NCBI RefSeq assembly: GCF_000181795.1
Contig: NW_003526948.1
Span: 2,654,562-2,718,561 of the forward strand
Direction of reading: 5' to 3'
DNA length: 64,000 nt
Origin: Trichinella spiralis
Lineage: Eukaryota
Under the pieces are notes generated by a model that was not told the DNA's origin, searched no databases, and worked only from the letters and a program-made list of their open reading frames with translations. This document shows positions 46,215 through 60,700 of the stretch, in pieces. Within the stretch, counting starts at the first letter, position 1. Each line of letters begins with the position of its first letter. The position numbers were made by a program, and so were the translations under genes.

Positions 46215-49200
46215 AAGCTTATCTAGCCATTGGAAAACACATTCATTCTCCGCGTTAGCTAGAGCAGAGTGAATGAAATCAAAATTAGCCGTTCGTTCGT
46301 TCCGTCTCTGCTCATATGCACATTATATCAACGACAATGACGACGACAACATCGAAGAATAAGAAGAAATAAAGAAAAATCATAAATTATCATTATTATT
46401 ATGTTTCAATTTTAAAATTTCAAAAAGAAAAACAAAAATTATGCCTGACTCGTTGGAAAACTAGCTGAACACTGACTGACTGACTGACTGCTATACTGAA
46501 CTGAACACCATATACGAAACACTTTTTTCCAACTCAACACACAGACACTTTATTTCATCACTTACAGATTTAACATAATTTGGTTAATTCAATTTCAAGA
46601 AATACTCCGGGGACATTTAAACATGATAATAAACTAGTCAACCTTGTACAACGTCATGCGTTTGATACATTAACTGAAATCGCCTGGGCGTAAATAAAAC
46701 CGAACACTGTCGGTCTGTCTATCTATTGACTGGGAGGCGAAATGACGGCGCTGAAAATTTCCACATTCATATTCTAATTTCAAATTTCACTGCATCCTAC
46801 ATGCGGATACATTCGAGACAATAACAAATACCAATCCAAACAGACAAACAGCTATTCAAATGAAATATCGAAAAGAAGTTACTATATCTGTCTTGTGGAA
46901 GCTGTTGGGAACAATAGAAGCAACAACAACGACGACGAAAACTGATCATCATCACCACAATTAACAACTAGGATGAAATAATGAATGAAAGAGATGGGAA
47001 AAATTACTTTTCCAACTTTCAACAAACAGGACAAAACAGAACAACAATCTTCAACAGATGACACACACAGGCACGGACGTATACAACAGAACAGAACAGA
47101 ACAACTTCAACACCGTCAAACAATCAACCAAACTTGACCGGATAGGCTTAGAAATTTGTGCATCCAGACCCACCAAACAACCAATACTACTTCAACTTAT
47201 ATGCAAAAGACAAAAGAAAGCAAACAAACTGAACATGCAACAACAACAACAACAACGTATAATATGCATATCATTGCACCATGGGCATTGCATTTCAACG
47301 TAAAACATACATATCACACCTTCAATTCAATGAACATATTGAAAACGAACAAACAAACAAAAATTCAAACTGAATACCCATAACTTTCACAACAAAAGCG
47401 ACACTCTGAACGTTGAAATTGCATCGTTATATATGTATATAATTTACAATTTAAAAAAAAAAAATTATAACACAAATCTAGTGAAATGCAAAAGATACAC
47501 ATCAATTGTAAAAACTTGTTCAATGAAATATGTTCCTTTTCTCTTGTCAATTGTGCTCGAATTTGCAAAAACTGCAACTGAGAAAATTTGTCACAAAACA
47601 ACAACAACAGAGATGCAAATTTTGAAACACAAATAAACACTCGTGAATAAACAAACCATTGCACATGGTATATTCTGCTTTACTTTTCACGTGTGGTAAG
47701 AAAGGAAAAATCGAAATGGTATAAAAATCAACCAAACCCGACAAATAAATAATCCTGCTCGACACCCCCCCCTCGCACGCGGTCAACTTTTCCACCACTT
47801 TCACCAATAATATTAACATTTTCAAAAAGCAAAACAAAACAACAACAACAATAATTAATAATAAACATGACAACTATTGAAACGATCGGCAAACGGATAC
47901 ATCCGAACACATAATAACAACAAATTGCAAAGCGCCAAAAATTTTGTTTATCTCCGACAGTAAGCAATTGCTTTTCTTTTTTCGAAAAAAATAACCAACG
48001 ACAACAAAAGTGGTGGGAAAAGTTGTGCCAGATGAAGCTCGTCGAACCACAAAAGCAACCGACAAAAAAACATGAGAATTTTGAAACTTGTGTGAATAAA
48101 GAAAAAAAAAAGAAAAAGAAATAATACACGCCAACGAACGAACGCGTATGCGCGTGCGGGCGCGGACAAGCGCGAACGCGCCAACGCAACGAATCGCTTC
48201 TTCATACAAGCGAAAAGTCCACCCAAGAAGCCGACAAACAAACAAACAAACAAACAACAACAACAACAGGAAAACGCAGTTCAACTTACTCGTTTTTCTT
48301 TTTTTTTATTTTTGAAGTTTTGAATGCAAATAGAAGAAAACGATCACAATCCGGCAAAATTCATCGTGGCAGGTCTAATTTATCAAAAGGCGAAACGATC
48401 AAAACTAAAAATCAAACAAACATACAGTGGGGAAAAAGAAAATTATTCATTTCATAAATTGATAAAATAGAAAACAACAACGTAAACGAGGCAAAAAAAA
48501 TACCCATCTACTCGACTGTCCAAATAATTGGATAATAGTCGAGTAGTGGAGGAAAAAGATGAAAAAAAAAACAGAAAAAATGGATTGATTGGTAAAGATG
48601 TCGTTAAAATGCAATACCGTTTTTTTGCTTGTGCCAATATGAACAATATTGAAACCAGTGAGCAGTTTTGAACCGGAAGACGACGACGCGATGCGCGGGC
48701 GGTTGGGGAGTTTTTTTCGTGGGATATTTTCTGTCGAGCCGCTTCGACCAAGTAGAAGCAGGATCAAGCCGGCCGGTGGTGAATTGAAGTCGAAGGAAGA
48801 ATTTTTCAAATTCCCCTCAGCACCATGCAGACGACGCTCCGACGTTGAACGCAGCAGACGTTCGAAAACCACAGTAAAATTATCGTAGATTCGAGATCGA
48901 GATTTGCAAGCAGCAAAGATGACGGGCATTCGAAAAAAAAATTTTTTTCTCTTCCCCCTCTCGACCGCGCCGTCCTCGATCGCCGATCGCTTCGACAACA
49001 AATTCGTTACAGTAGCAAAATTGTCACTTCAATGCTTCGAAGGTATGGTTGGAAATTTTTTCCAAAAAAATAACAACAAAGCTAAAAATAAAAACACATC
49101 ACGCTTTTCTCAGTACAACCAACGTTCCCCTTTGGATTCCCATTCACGCACAACTTGCCGCTATTTTTCCTACAACGACGAGACAAAACCGACCCACAAC

Positions 49201-50815
49201 CAACGCACACGTCCCGGTCTGCGAGGAAGCGTAGCCCGCGGAAGCTTGATCAATAACTTCCAACAATAAACCGCACACGTGCATATTCCATCTCTCTTTA
49301 TTTTTCTCTAAAATATTTTTCTACTTTTCATTTTACTAATATTTTCACTCAATTATTTCATATTCTACGAAAGGAGAACAAAAATTGTTTACTTTTTAAA
49401 TATACCGTAGACTTGTTTCCTTGTTTTATCTGTAAAATTCATACAACCAATTCAACGATATTCAATCAATCTTACACCGTTTATTTGATATTAAATTATT
49501 CCATTTTTCTTAAAATTTTCAAAATTAACTACATTCTTTTGTGAATTTTCATATTTGTATAAAAGAAATATATTTTTTTCTCAATATTAAACTTTCTCGC
49601 ACACCTAAAGCACCAATATTTCACTTCGAAAGTTATATTAATCAAAACGATGTTCTAACTTGATATTAAAAACATTTTAATATAAAATTACAATTTAAAA
49701 GTTAAAAAATTATAATAATTTAAATTATTTTCATCTCTTTTTTCAAATAACAACACATTTTTATCATATTAATAACTCGCACATGTATACTGTAGTCATG
49801 TTTGAATACAAACTGACCACAATTTGACAATTTTTAACAAATTTAACGGATCATTTGTTATTATTGAAATATTCTGTTGTTAATGAAAAAATTACACGGC
49901 TGGAAATATTTTTTCAACACATAAAACGAATGAAAAATAAAACATATGATATAAAAGAATTCAAGATTTAATGCATACTGTTACAGTATACTTATTTACA
50001 ATAAAATCACTACACTTGCACACTGCAGTGCCAGTATAATTGAACAGGAAATTTAATAATCATACATTAATATTATACCGAAATTTTTTTTAAATATGTT
50101 TATAAACACTAATGAAAAACATGAAATTATATCGTGTGAATTTTATTTTATTTCAAATTATAAAATAAGATTAATTTTAAATTTTATGTAAAAAATCTAA
50201 ATAATTCATCACGTATTGTTTTATATGATATTTTTATAATGTTGCTAAATACATACCTGATTATCAATACTACGGTATTTTTATATTAATTTACAGTATA
50301 AGCTGGTTTTTATACCATTCAGTTTGTATTCAAACAGTTTTTCAAACAGCACTGCTCTGTTCCATATCTTTTATTATAATAATTACTTTGATTTCTACAA
50401 TATTTTATTTATTTTTAATTTTAGACCGAATCCACCTCACAGCTTCTATTTTGAAAGTGAAATATTTACTCTGAAGTTTTATTCTGGTAAGATGAAAATT
50501 ATTATTTTAAGTTACGTCAGATAATATTAATTTTTGTTGTTTAAATTTTTATTTCTATTAAGAAATAGTTTAAAAGAATGTATTAAGATAATTGAAGTAA
50601 CATTATATTTTATTGTTTGTAATTTGTCAGATATTTTTAAAAATATTTTCTAATTTAACCTTGTACATTTCTCTATATTCCATATGGTGGTTGTTTTGTG
50701 ATTTTACGTTTAGTTTTCATTAGTGATTGCTTTGAGTCTGGGGTTTGGGATTTTATGTCGACAGCTTCATGTATTTGTATTGTATTGTTCTGATTGACTG
50801 TTGTTTTTAGGAATC

Positions 50816-53136
50816 ATGTATTTACTTAAGTACTACATTCCAGTAGCAAAACTTTTCAACTCGCCTCTACGTGCAGCTATGTTTTTGGATTCACGCTCTT
50901 ATTTGAACTACAGTTTTCGTGTATGTTGTTTTCATTTATTTTTACATTCATTATTGATATTTTAACAATGTTTCAGAGATATTCTAATGAAAAGAACAGA
51001 GGGTTTATTTCCGGTTTGATTAATTCAATTAAAAGCGAACTTGCTAAAAATAAGGAACTCAAAGTATGCAGTTGAATGGTTTATAAAAGAATTTCTGTAG
51101 TATGTTTTCAATTTCATTTTATTGTAGGAAAACTTAGCAAAACTGAAAGCCGAAAGTGAACGCCTCGAACAATCGGAACCACTTAAGAAAGCTCGAGAAA
51201 AATTTGTACTTTTTTAAATATTTTGTTAAGTTTGCCATGTATGAACATTGCTGTTCTTTTAGGACTTAATTGAAAGAGAGACAATGAGAAGTTCCCAGTA
51301 TTTACGAGTTAAAATAGCGGAACTTCAAAAGGAGTTGAAACAGGTATTTGATAAGCTTTATTTATCAAACTTTTATTTTAACCAGTTATTGTATTGTACA
51401 TACGTTGTTTTATTCTGTTTTTTCTTTGTACACCATATATCTGATATTGATATAGAAGATGCTACTTTAGAGTTTGAATGAGGCCAAGAAAACGGAATTT
51501 GCGCAGAAAGGTATTGAAGTTGGTGCGAGTGCCGTAAAATCAGCGAAAGAAGCTGCGAACATTTTGGGAAAATCTATGGATTCGATTAGTCAGACGCGAA
51601 CTTTTCAAGCTATAGCTAGTGTATTAGTCATTTTTTAAAAATTAATTTTACATTTTATTCACTTATTTATATTTTGTATGTTTGATATTTAGAAAGCAAA
51701 AATGGTCAAAGATGAGTTCAACGATTTTGCCCTTTCGGGTGGATATGTTTATGAAAGACTTCGTAACAAACAATTCGAGAAAAGCAGCTTTTCCGTTTTA
51801 AAATTTGATATATTTTTTTAGCAAAATTGAGAAAGCGTAAAGAATGTGTCGAATCCGGTGAAAAGAAGATCATCAAACCAAATAGGTTTGCGTTGAATGT
51901 GCTGAAATGGATTTTCTTCTTTTGAACTGTTTTTATTTTTATCTTGTAAAGCGAGGTAACCAGCGTTGAAGTACACAAAGATCAAAAATGGTATGCGGCA
52001 TTGAAATCATGGACTGAAAGCAACGCTTATTATCGCAGTAAGTATTTTATTGTGTGAAAATGACTTTGTGATTTATTTATTTATTTATTATTTTATTTTT
52101 TTTCAGAATTTCTCGATGTGAAAATGCAAATTGCTGAAAGTGAAAACCCAGTTGTACGGGCAACTCGATATTTTGGAGGGAAGCTATCGGAATTTTTTGG
52201 TAATGTTTCGGCAATTTATTTTATTTTTTGAGGGCTGTTTTCTAATTTTGTGTATATACTTTTGCTTAGAAATTTTTATTTGAAACAATAGTGAAAACAT
52301 TTTTCATTGATGAGCAGATTTTATACAGAAATTATAAAGTTTTAACTTTGAACTTTTCAATGAAAAACAGATTATTGTTGTTGTTCATTTTTTCAGATAA
52401 TCTGCTAGACGCTTTCCTTGATAATTGCAGCGTATCGGAAGTGCTGACGGAAATTTGCAAAATAGATCCAAACTTTGATGTTACGGATTTCAGAAAACAG
52501 TGCCAGAGGGATTTTATCCCAAACGTTATTGAAGTGAGCAGTGTTGTGTATTCTTGTGTGAAATGTCGACAATTTACCGGTAAATTTTAGGCAAGTAATC
52601 GTGGTGAAGAAGAAATTCTCCGTGACTGGTGCAGTGAAGGGGTAGGTTTGAAAAGAAAAACAGAGTTTTTATTTTTTTGAATTAGCAAATTTGCATACAT
52701 CTAGGCATTCAATCAGTTGATTGCTCTTTTGTCCGAGTGCAAGCGAGCTGGCTACAAGCATACATTTCGACTGTTTGATATTGACAATGTCGAAGTAAAT
52801 TTTCACTTTTGTACACTTTTGTCTTTTTACAGTGCTTTTTTCTAGATTATCACGGGAAAAATAACCGACATGGGTCCTGTTCTGTTGGTCGCTTTTCAAA
52901 CACGTCAGTTACGTTGCATCCAAACACCGGATGGAAAATTCGTTTTTGGAACAACCGTAAATTGAACAAATAGAAAAACGTGTATTTCTCATGTTGAAAA
53001 AAAATTCACTCTTTAGGATGATCCATTGTTAATTACCCACCTGTGGGCTTTTTGCCGTGATGTTGATGAACCGAACTCGAAAGCAGCTTGGAGAGTTGTG
53101 GATGTGCACGAACATTCAGCTGTTCGAAGTTACTAG
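50816..53136 (+). CDS. TIMM44: Mitochondrial import inner membrane translocase subunit TIM44 (multi-exon)
   Basis: Spliced translation includes ELAKNKELKE, LEQSEPLKKAREKF, SEVLTEICKIDPNFD..FIPNVIEA..EILRDWCSEG, GKITDMGPVLLVAFQTRQ and WAFCRDVDEPNSKAAWRVVD. Stop TAG at 53134-53136. Presequence-like N-terminus. Confidence 0.93.
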
Positions 53137-53753
53137 TTTTGAAATGAAGTTGATTGTTCCGATTGTTTGAAAATTGTTTGTTTTCACGGCTGTTCACAGA
53201 GTGTGAAATAAAGTTGCTTGCAGTTGTTAATTTGGATCGATTTTTGAAATACGTAAAATTAATTTTTATGAAATTTACTCACGAAGAAAAGAAATATTTT
53301 GAAATTGATGACAATAGTATCTTAACGAATCGGAACAACAATGAGACTCAATAAATGATACAGAATTGATTGCCTAATCCGAAATACAAATTGCTTTGTA
53401 AAACTTCATGAAACGTATTCGAATATTACTGTCGAATTTATGCAGATAAATCTCATAAACCAGCAATCTATTCCAAATTCACATTTGAAATACATCTATG
53501 ATACTGGATACAAATTGCTCATCTGAAATATTTTGTTTCATCCTAATTTTAACCTTGAAAATTAAATACGGTAAATGGTACTGTAGTATAATTGCATTTC
53601 ATTAATCGCTGTGATTGTTGGTTGTTGTTGGACAATGTTTTGATTGATTTTCACTGATTAAAATGGCATGTGGAAAATTTATAAATTTTTAATGTTTTCA
53701 TCAACGAGGAAGGTGCTTTTAGTACTATTCAGATAAATGATATCACAACTGTG

Positions 53754-56478
53754 ATGGTTTGGATGAATGTACCGCTGATGTTGCAACAGCTTCTCATTGC
53801 ACTTTTGCATTTGTTTGTTTCTTCTTCTGTGTCGGACTTTCATATTTCATCGGCAGTGGTGGAATTGGACGACAAGTGCGCATACATACTTTTATGTTGA
53901 TCAGTGTTTTTTGTTTGTTTTTTAATAATTAAATTTATAGTAATTTTGTAACGCAGAAGCTGTTAACTGAATTTATAAACTTAAAAAAATCTTTGAAATT
54001 TCGTACATTTTGACTTTGAATTCAATTTTTGTTTTTTAAAGTAAAGTTTTTTTCTCTTTCTGCAGGTTCATGAAAGAAAATGAAATACATCTTGTCATGG
54101 TAAGAAATGCGTGTGAAAATTGGCCAAGTATTGACAGACAGTATTGATTGTTGTTGTTGCGTTGATTGATGTCAACAAAATTAATATTATTTTGTTGGTT
54201 TATTAATTTTTTTAAATTAAGCGATTATTGATGTTGTTGTTTTTGATTTTTTCCAACTGCATGCAAGTTTGTGATTTGCATTTTGGCCGACTTTTTTCAA
54301 TGCATGCAATAACAAATTGCTCAATATGATCAGTGTGACAATGTTGTAAGTTTTCTTCTCAAATTTAGCATTCAATTTTTTTTTGAAATTTATGAAAAAT
54401 TGATCTGCCGAAATGTTTTTTTTCCAAAATAAAACGTTCTGTTGTAAAATTAATTTTTATTTCTTTTGAATGGTAAAAATGTGCTTTGATTGCTTTTTTC
54501 CTAGATTGCATGGCACGAGTGTTGTGTTGTGTTTGATTGAACAAAGAACAAAATATGTGTGTGTGTGTTAAGAGATGTTAGTTTTCATGGTGTGCAAGTT
54601 GTAAAATTGTTGCAGTTCTATGCACCGTGGTGCGGACATTGCAAACGTTTGATGCCAACCTGGGAACAAGTGGCGTTGACGCTTTCCAACGAGCCGATCA
54701 CGGTTGGAAAGTTGGACTGCACCAAACACACATCCGTGACGTCAGAATTGAAAATCAACGGCTATCCAACAGTTCGAATGTAAAAAATATATAATCAATT
54801 TTTTTGGAAAATAATTTCAAAAAAAAAATTGTCCCCATTGCGCGCAGGTATCGTTATGGAGAAAAGTATGAATATCACGGCGAAAGGTCGAAAGAGGCGA
54901 TTGTGGACTTCGCTTTGAAAGTTATCGGGTTTGCTTTGGAATAGTTGGTTTATTTTTGTTGTATTAAAAAAAATTTAAAAAAATATTAATTCCACATTTA
55001 GACCCGAAGTGAGACCTCTGTCCGATAGGTATGAACTTGTGCGAGTTTGTGAAAAGTTGAAAAAGACGGCATTTTTTCTCCTGGCAGGGGAGAAAAATGT
55101 TTCCAATCCCTTGATTGTACGCGAATTTGTTATTATTTATTATTATTATTATTATTATTTGTGAATAAATAATTTTGAAGGAAGAGTATTATGCGGTTGC
55201 GAAGAAGTTGTTTTCCAAAACGTATTTTTATCAAATTTTACCGAGACATTTACCGTCAGTAAGTGAATTTTTTTTTGTTTTTTTTCGTGAGGTTGTTTTT
55301 CTTTCGCCTTAGAAACAGTCCAGTTAACAACTACAAAAGTTTTAGTTCGAATTAGCATAATTTTCACTATTGCTTTAATTTTATTTTTCCAGACTTTTCC
55401 ATGCGACGAAACGGTGTGCATTTTTGTCGTCAAAGATGGTACACAATTTCTCTACAATCCAAGTGAGAAATTTTGCATAAATAATAAATTCATTTGTTGC
55501 GATTGTTCTTTTGCCATTATCAGCGACTGATCAAAATTCTTTGGAAAAATGGATACAAAGTTCGCGATGGCCATTCATGCAATTGGCCAAATATGAAACG
55601 CTGAACGAAATGGGCGAATGTTGCAATGATAAGCTGCTTGTTGTGGCCGTTCTTGATCTGGTCGAAAAGAGAAAATTGAAAAGTCCCGTCAAACAGTATA
55701 ATAAGCTGTGCTTAATTTTCTATGTTGGGTTGTTTTTTTTTTCATACATTAAAATTCAGATTGGACGATTTGATTCGGATGACATGGCAACAGTATAGTG
55801 AACAGTTGAAGGGCAAATTTCAATTTGTCTGGCTTGACGGCAACGAAATTGCCAACAGCATATTGCTGAGAACCGTGCCGGTTCCGTGTTTGTTCGTTTT
55901 CAACGCCTCTTCATATTCCTATTATCTTCCCGACCAGGATGCTCTGCAAATGACCGAAGAAATATTGTTGCAATTTTTGCAAAACGTCGTCAACGGTTTC
56001 GTCGCGGTAACAACCAACACGCAAAAATATTATTCTATTTTATGTGCAAATGAATTCATTATTCAAATTTCGTTTGGTTCAGATGCGCGGAGGCAAGGGA
56101 CGTGTGCAACATGTGAGACGAATTTTTTACGAAACAACAACCGCAATTTATGTAAATTTTTTCTCTTCAACTAACCGCTTGCTGGCGAGCGTATATTGTT
56201 ATGCAAATTTCATTGTACTCGATTTCAGACGATGTTCGCCAATCAGCCATTGTTGGCGTGCTGTTTGTTCGGCTTGCCGTTGGGAATTTTCAGCGTTATA
56301 TGTTACACAATCTGTTCAACGGACGTTTCCGTCGATAGCGACGAAATCTACGCGGACAGCTACGATTCCGGTAAATTTATTCAAATTTATTATTTTTTTT
56401 CTTTATTTAAATTTTTTTCACCTCGTCAAATTGTCAACAACAGCAACAGACAGTGATGATCACGAAAAAGAAGAATGA
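53754..56478 (+). CDS. TMX3: TMX3-like thioredoxin-related transmembrane protein disulfide isomerase (multi-exon; start 53754 or 53763)
   Basis: Signal peptide, VVELDDKF, FYAPWCGHCKRL active site (exon from 54616), b/b' domains (FQFVWLDGNEIAN), TM segment PLLACCLFGLPLGIFSVICYTICS and acidic tail ending DHEKEE*. Confidence 0.92.
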
Positions 56479-57719
56479 TTGATTGGATTATAGTTTGTTT
56501 TTCCGTTATTATTATTATTATTATCTTTTGATATTTTTCCCATGCTGCTTCTTCTTCCTATCTTTCTTCTACTTCTCCTCTGGCAGCAAGCGGTTGTTGT
56601 TTTGCCTCAGGAATTGGTCGACAAAAATGCAATTATTACAATTTTTAAATTAAACGTTGCGACGTTTTTGTTGGACTGTTTTTTTCAAATGCTTCTTCAA
56701 CAAACAAACTGTCTACTTGGTGATGGTGTGATGAGCAACAACAATTTTCATCTGAATGACTTTGAAATTATCATCATCATCAACAACAACAACGACGACG
56801 ACGACGACAATTTATAATTATGCAATAAAAAGCATAACAAATTTATTTAAAGCTCAACGTACGGATCAAATATTATTATCTCTATATATTATTTCACTAG
56901 AATCTGGTGCACTCATCATTCAAGTAAAGCAGTAAGAATGATAATCATAGTTCGACCTAAATTATGAATACTGTATAATAAACTGCCGCAGACGTCGTTA
57001 CCAAGCAAAGCAGGCGTTGTTGTTGATTTTTTTTTCGTTTTTTTCTTTTTTGCATGCATGCAAGAAGCTTGTGACAGACAGATGGATGACTGCAAATAAC
57101 TCTACTATATATGGATATGAAAAATTCTTGTTCGACCAAAAAGAGTGTTTCTTCTGAGGAGGGGGGGGATAGGAACACATTTTTTCAGTCTTGAAAATGT
57201 AAATTTGGAAAAAGCCATTGTTGCGTGCAACAACTACCGCTTCTCGATGACAGTCGGGTGAGTGCACACAGTATGGAAGAAGAAGATGATGATGAAGAAG
57301 CATTGCAAAATGCTTTTACAACAAACACGAACAGACAAACAAACAAACACACGCACACAGACAAACTATTGGAAAAAAAGCTTTCTAAAATTCTTGATAA
57401 AATTACAGTAAAAATGACTTTTGATTTTTAAAAAAGAAAAATATCATATCGATATGATTAAGTTTGTTTGTTTTCTTTTTTGTTGGCGTGAATGAAGAAG
57501 AGAATTATGATTGGTTGGTTGTTTGAGAGAGAAAAAGAAAAAAGCTAATTGGCGATTACATTCTGAATAAAAAGAAAATTGATCATCATTGTATATTTAA
57601 AATATATTAATATTATTATTATTATTATGGTAGTAAATTGAGAAAGAAAGAAGCTAAAACATGGTTGCTCTTCCACCAGAAAAATAAATTTCTGCAATTA
57701 ATTATTAGTGTATTGTTCA

Positions 57720-60700
57720 TCAATATTCATGTCCTTCTTCCATCACGTAAACCTGAAAACAACCAAGTGAGATCAATATCAGGCGTGGATTGGCATATCT
57801 ATGGGAAAGCTTTTATTGTACACACCTTGGAAGAGAGACTTTTTCCCATGGAAACGGAAGAACGATGCTTGGCACGGATCAAGTGCAAGCTACTTTCGGC
57901 TTGTTCGGCTCGACCTTCGGCATCTTCCAATTCGTGCTGGTAACGACGGACACGTTGCAAATTTTGCATTGTCAACGATTCCTGAAATGCTTGCACACTT
58001 GAAATTATGAATGCTAAGACTGTTGGAAAAAGAACACCGAACCGCTTCAGTCAACTGTCGCTTGTAGATGTTCAATTTTTCGGCCAATCGTTCGGCAGTA
58101 TCTTGGGCCATGACGAAATTTTTGTGCTCCTCGTCCACTTGCATTTGCATTTCCTTGACGCGACGGTCCTTTTTGCGCAAGCAGGCTTGGGTTTCTTTGT
58201 GTCGTCTCGATTCTTCATCCAACGCCATTTCCAAATCTCGAATCTGTTCAGTGAGCGAAGAAGAAAAAGAGAAGCAAATAATAATTGACAATTTATCTCG
58301 TATAAAAATTATAATATCCCACTAGTTACCCTGGTCTCGAGTTTGGCAATGACGCGCTTGCCACCGAGCAGAGCTGCCGCTTCGGCTTCTTGGATTTGCA
58401 CTTGCAACTGTTTGACGTGCTCTTCCAACGCTTTGCGCATGGCGTCGATTTTCATCGAATGTTCCTGCTCTTCGTGGAGTTGTTCCATAGCCCGGACCGC
58501 ATCCTGCTGAGCTCGGTTGGCACGGTCGTCGGCGGCTCGCAGTTCTTTGGTCGTCTCGTCCAAATCGGCTTGGCATGTCGACAAGTCGGTCTCCAATTTG
58601 CCCTTGATCGCGGTCAAATTGTTGTTCAAGCTGACCAAATCGGCAATTTTCCCCTGGGCTTCTTCCAGATCCGCTTCGGCTTGTTTGCGCACCCGGATCG
58701 CCGTGTCCAAGGCACTCTTGCAGTCTTCCAATTCGGCCGACAAAGCGGACAACTTGCGCTGGGCAATTGCATACTGGTCGAGCGTTTGTTGCAGTTGACG
58801 TTGGCAATCTTCGAAGCTGCTTTGCAAAGCCTGCAAGCCGGAAACACAAAATTAGTCAATCCCCCTCGAGTCAATTATATCTGCCATCATCACTGATCAA
58901 CATGAACAACAACAACAACAACGCAACGGTTTTGTACCCTCAGTTGGTCTGCTTGTTTTTTGATCGTCTTTTGTGCTTCCAAATTGGCCCGGTTCAAATT
59001 GTCGATGGTCATCTCCAGTTCGGCAATTTCCGCCTGGTATTTCTTCTTCAGACGGGAAATTTCCGCCTTCATGCGAGCCTCAGCGTCAGCCAACGCTGCA
59101 GCCAGTCGGTCAATTTCGAACTGCATATTTTTGCGCAATGCTTCCATTTCTTCTTCTTTTTCCTGAAATGAAGGGAAAATTATTATTATTATTATTAGTA
59201 TTAGTATTATATATATTTTTTTAAACAAAAATTATCCTGAAAACATCAACTGATCGACTGATCATCGTCGGCCAATAATGCTTACTTGTAAACGACGTTC
59301 CATTTCCACGCGCAGAGCTTGCAATTCAGCTACTGCACGCTGTGCGCGACTTTCCGCGTCACGTCTAGCCGCTTCGGCTTCCTTGAGCGCGATTTGCAGT
59401 TCTCTGATTTCACCGGCCAGACGTGCATTCTCCAAATCCAGCTCGTGCAATTTTCTGTTCGCGTCGGCTAAAGCTTCCTTTGCTTCATGCAAATCGTCTG
59501 AAAAATAAATCATCCCCACTAATCCACAATCGTATAAAACCCTCCGGAAAATATGCACCTTGCAATTTTTTATTCTCCCTAGCCAGAGCTTCTTTCTGTT
59601 CGACGGCTTTTTCATAAAGATGCTTCATCTTTTGCAATTCCGCTTGCGTCGCTCTGAGTTCTCGTTGCGTAGCTTCGAGCTCTTGTGTCACCTCGTCCAG
59701 GCGTGTCTTCATCTCGGCGACCATTCTTTCGAGCTGTTCTTTTTGTCTTTCCAAAATGGCAATGGTGCTTTGAGCCTGGAAAGTGGACGAAATTTTTTTG
59801 ATAATTTGCATATTGTTATAAATCGAAAAAAAATCAATCACCTTTTCCAAATCAACTATCAAAACTTCAACTTCCGACTGCAGACGGCTTTTCGCTTTTT
59901 CCAATTGGGAAATCTTTTGCAGCATAATTTCAATTTGTTCCTCATATTCTGCTTGTTTTTGGATCATTTTTTTACTGAAAGAAAAAATATAGTAGAGAAA
60001 AATCAGTAATAATGTACAATATGCCAATTTGAACGCTCCTACCGCAGATCGTCAACTTCTTCTTGGTGGAGTGAAACTTCGGCGTCGAATTTGCTCTTCC
60101 ACTGGGAAATTTCCGTATTTGCCAACGACAATTTGTGCTCTGCTTCGGCACGTGCGGACGATTCCTCTTCCAACGCACCCTGAATTGAATCCAATTCCAG
60201 CTGCATCTGATGCAACTGGGTTTGCATTTGCGAACGTTCCTGTACAGGATGATAAATTTAATTAATTAATTAATTAATTAATTATCAATAATAATAATAA
60301 TAATTTCCAACACGTACACGTTCCGCATCTTCGAGTCGACGACGCGCTTCTTCGAGCTGTTGAGCAAGTTGAGTCTTGACGTGTTGAATATTTTCCATTT
60401 GCACTTTGACATCGTGCAACTCTTTCATCAAATCGTTGTTTTCCTGTTGCAGACGTTGACGCTGCGAGGCCAGGTCGTTCAAATTTTTTGCCAGATCGTC
60501 AACTCTGTTCTGAAGCTCTCTGGCATGCGCTTCGTGCTTTTCGGCAGCTTTTTCCGCGGCATGCTAGTGAAGAAAAAAACAAAAATGCAAACATTCTCTT
60601 TTTTTTCCAACATTTTCCAAACAGATTCAAATTTATTCTATTAATTATTATTATTATTATGCATTTGTAATATTATATTGTTTTTGAATAATTTTCATCA

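Noticed and set aside
43012..48284. Numerous Phe/Leu/Cys-rich 'membrane' ORFs of 60-156 aa
   Set aside because: They are translations of (TTTG)n, (TG)n and poly-T low-complexity non-coding sequence upstream of Galpha-s.
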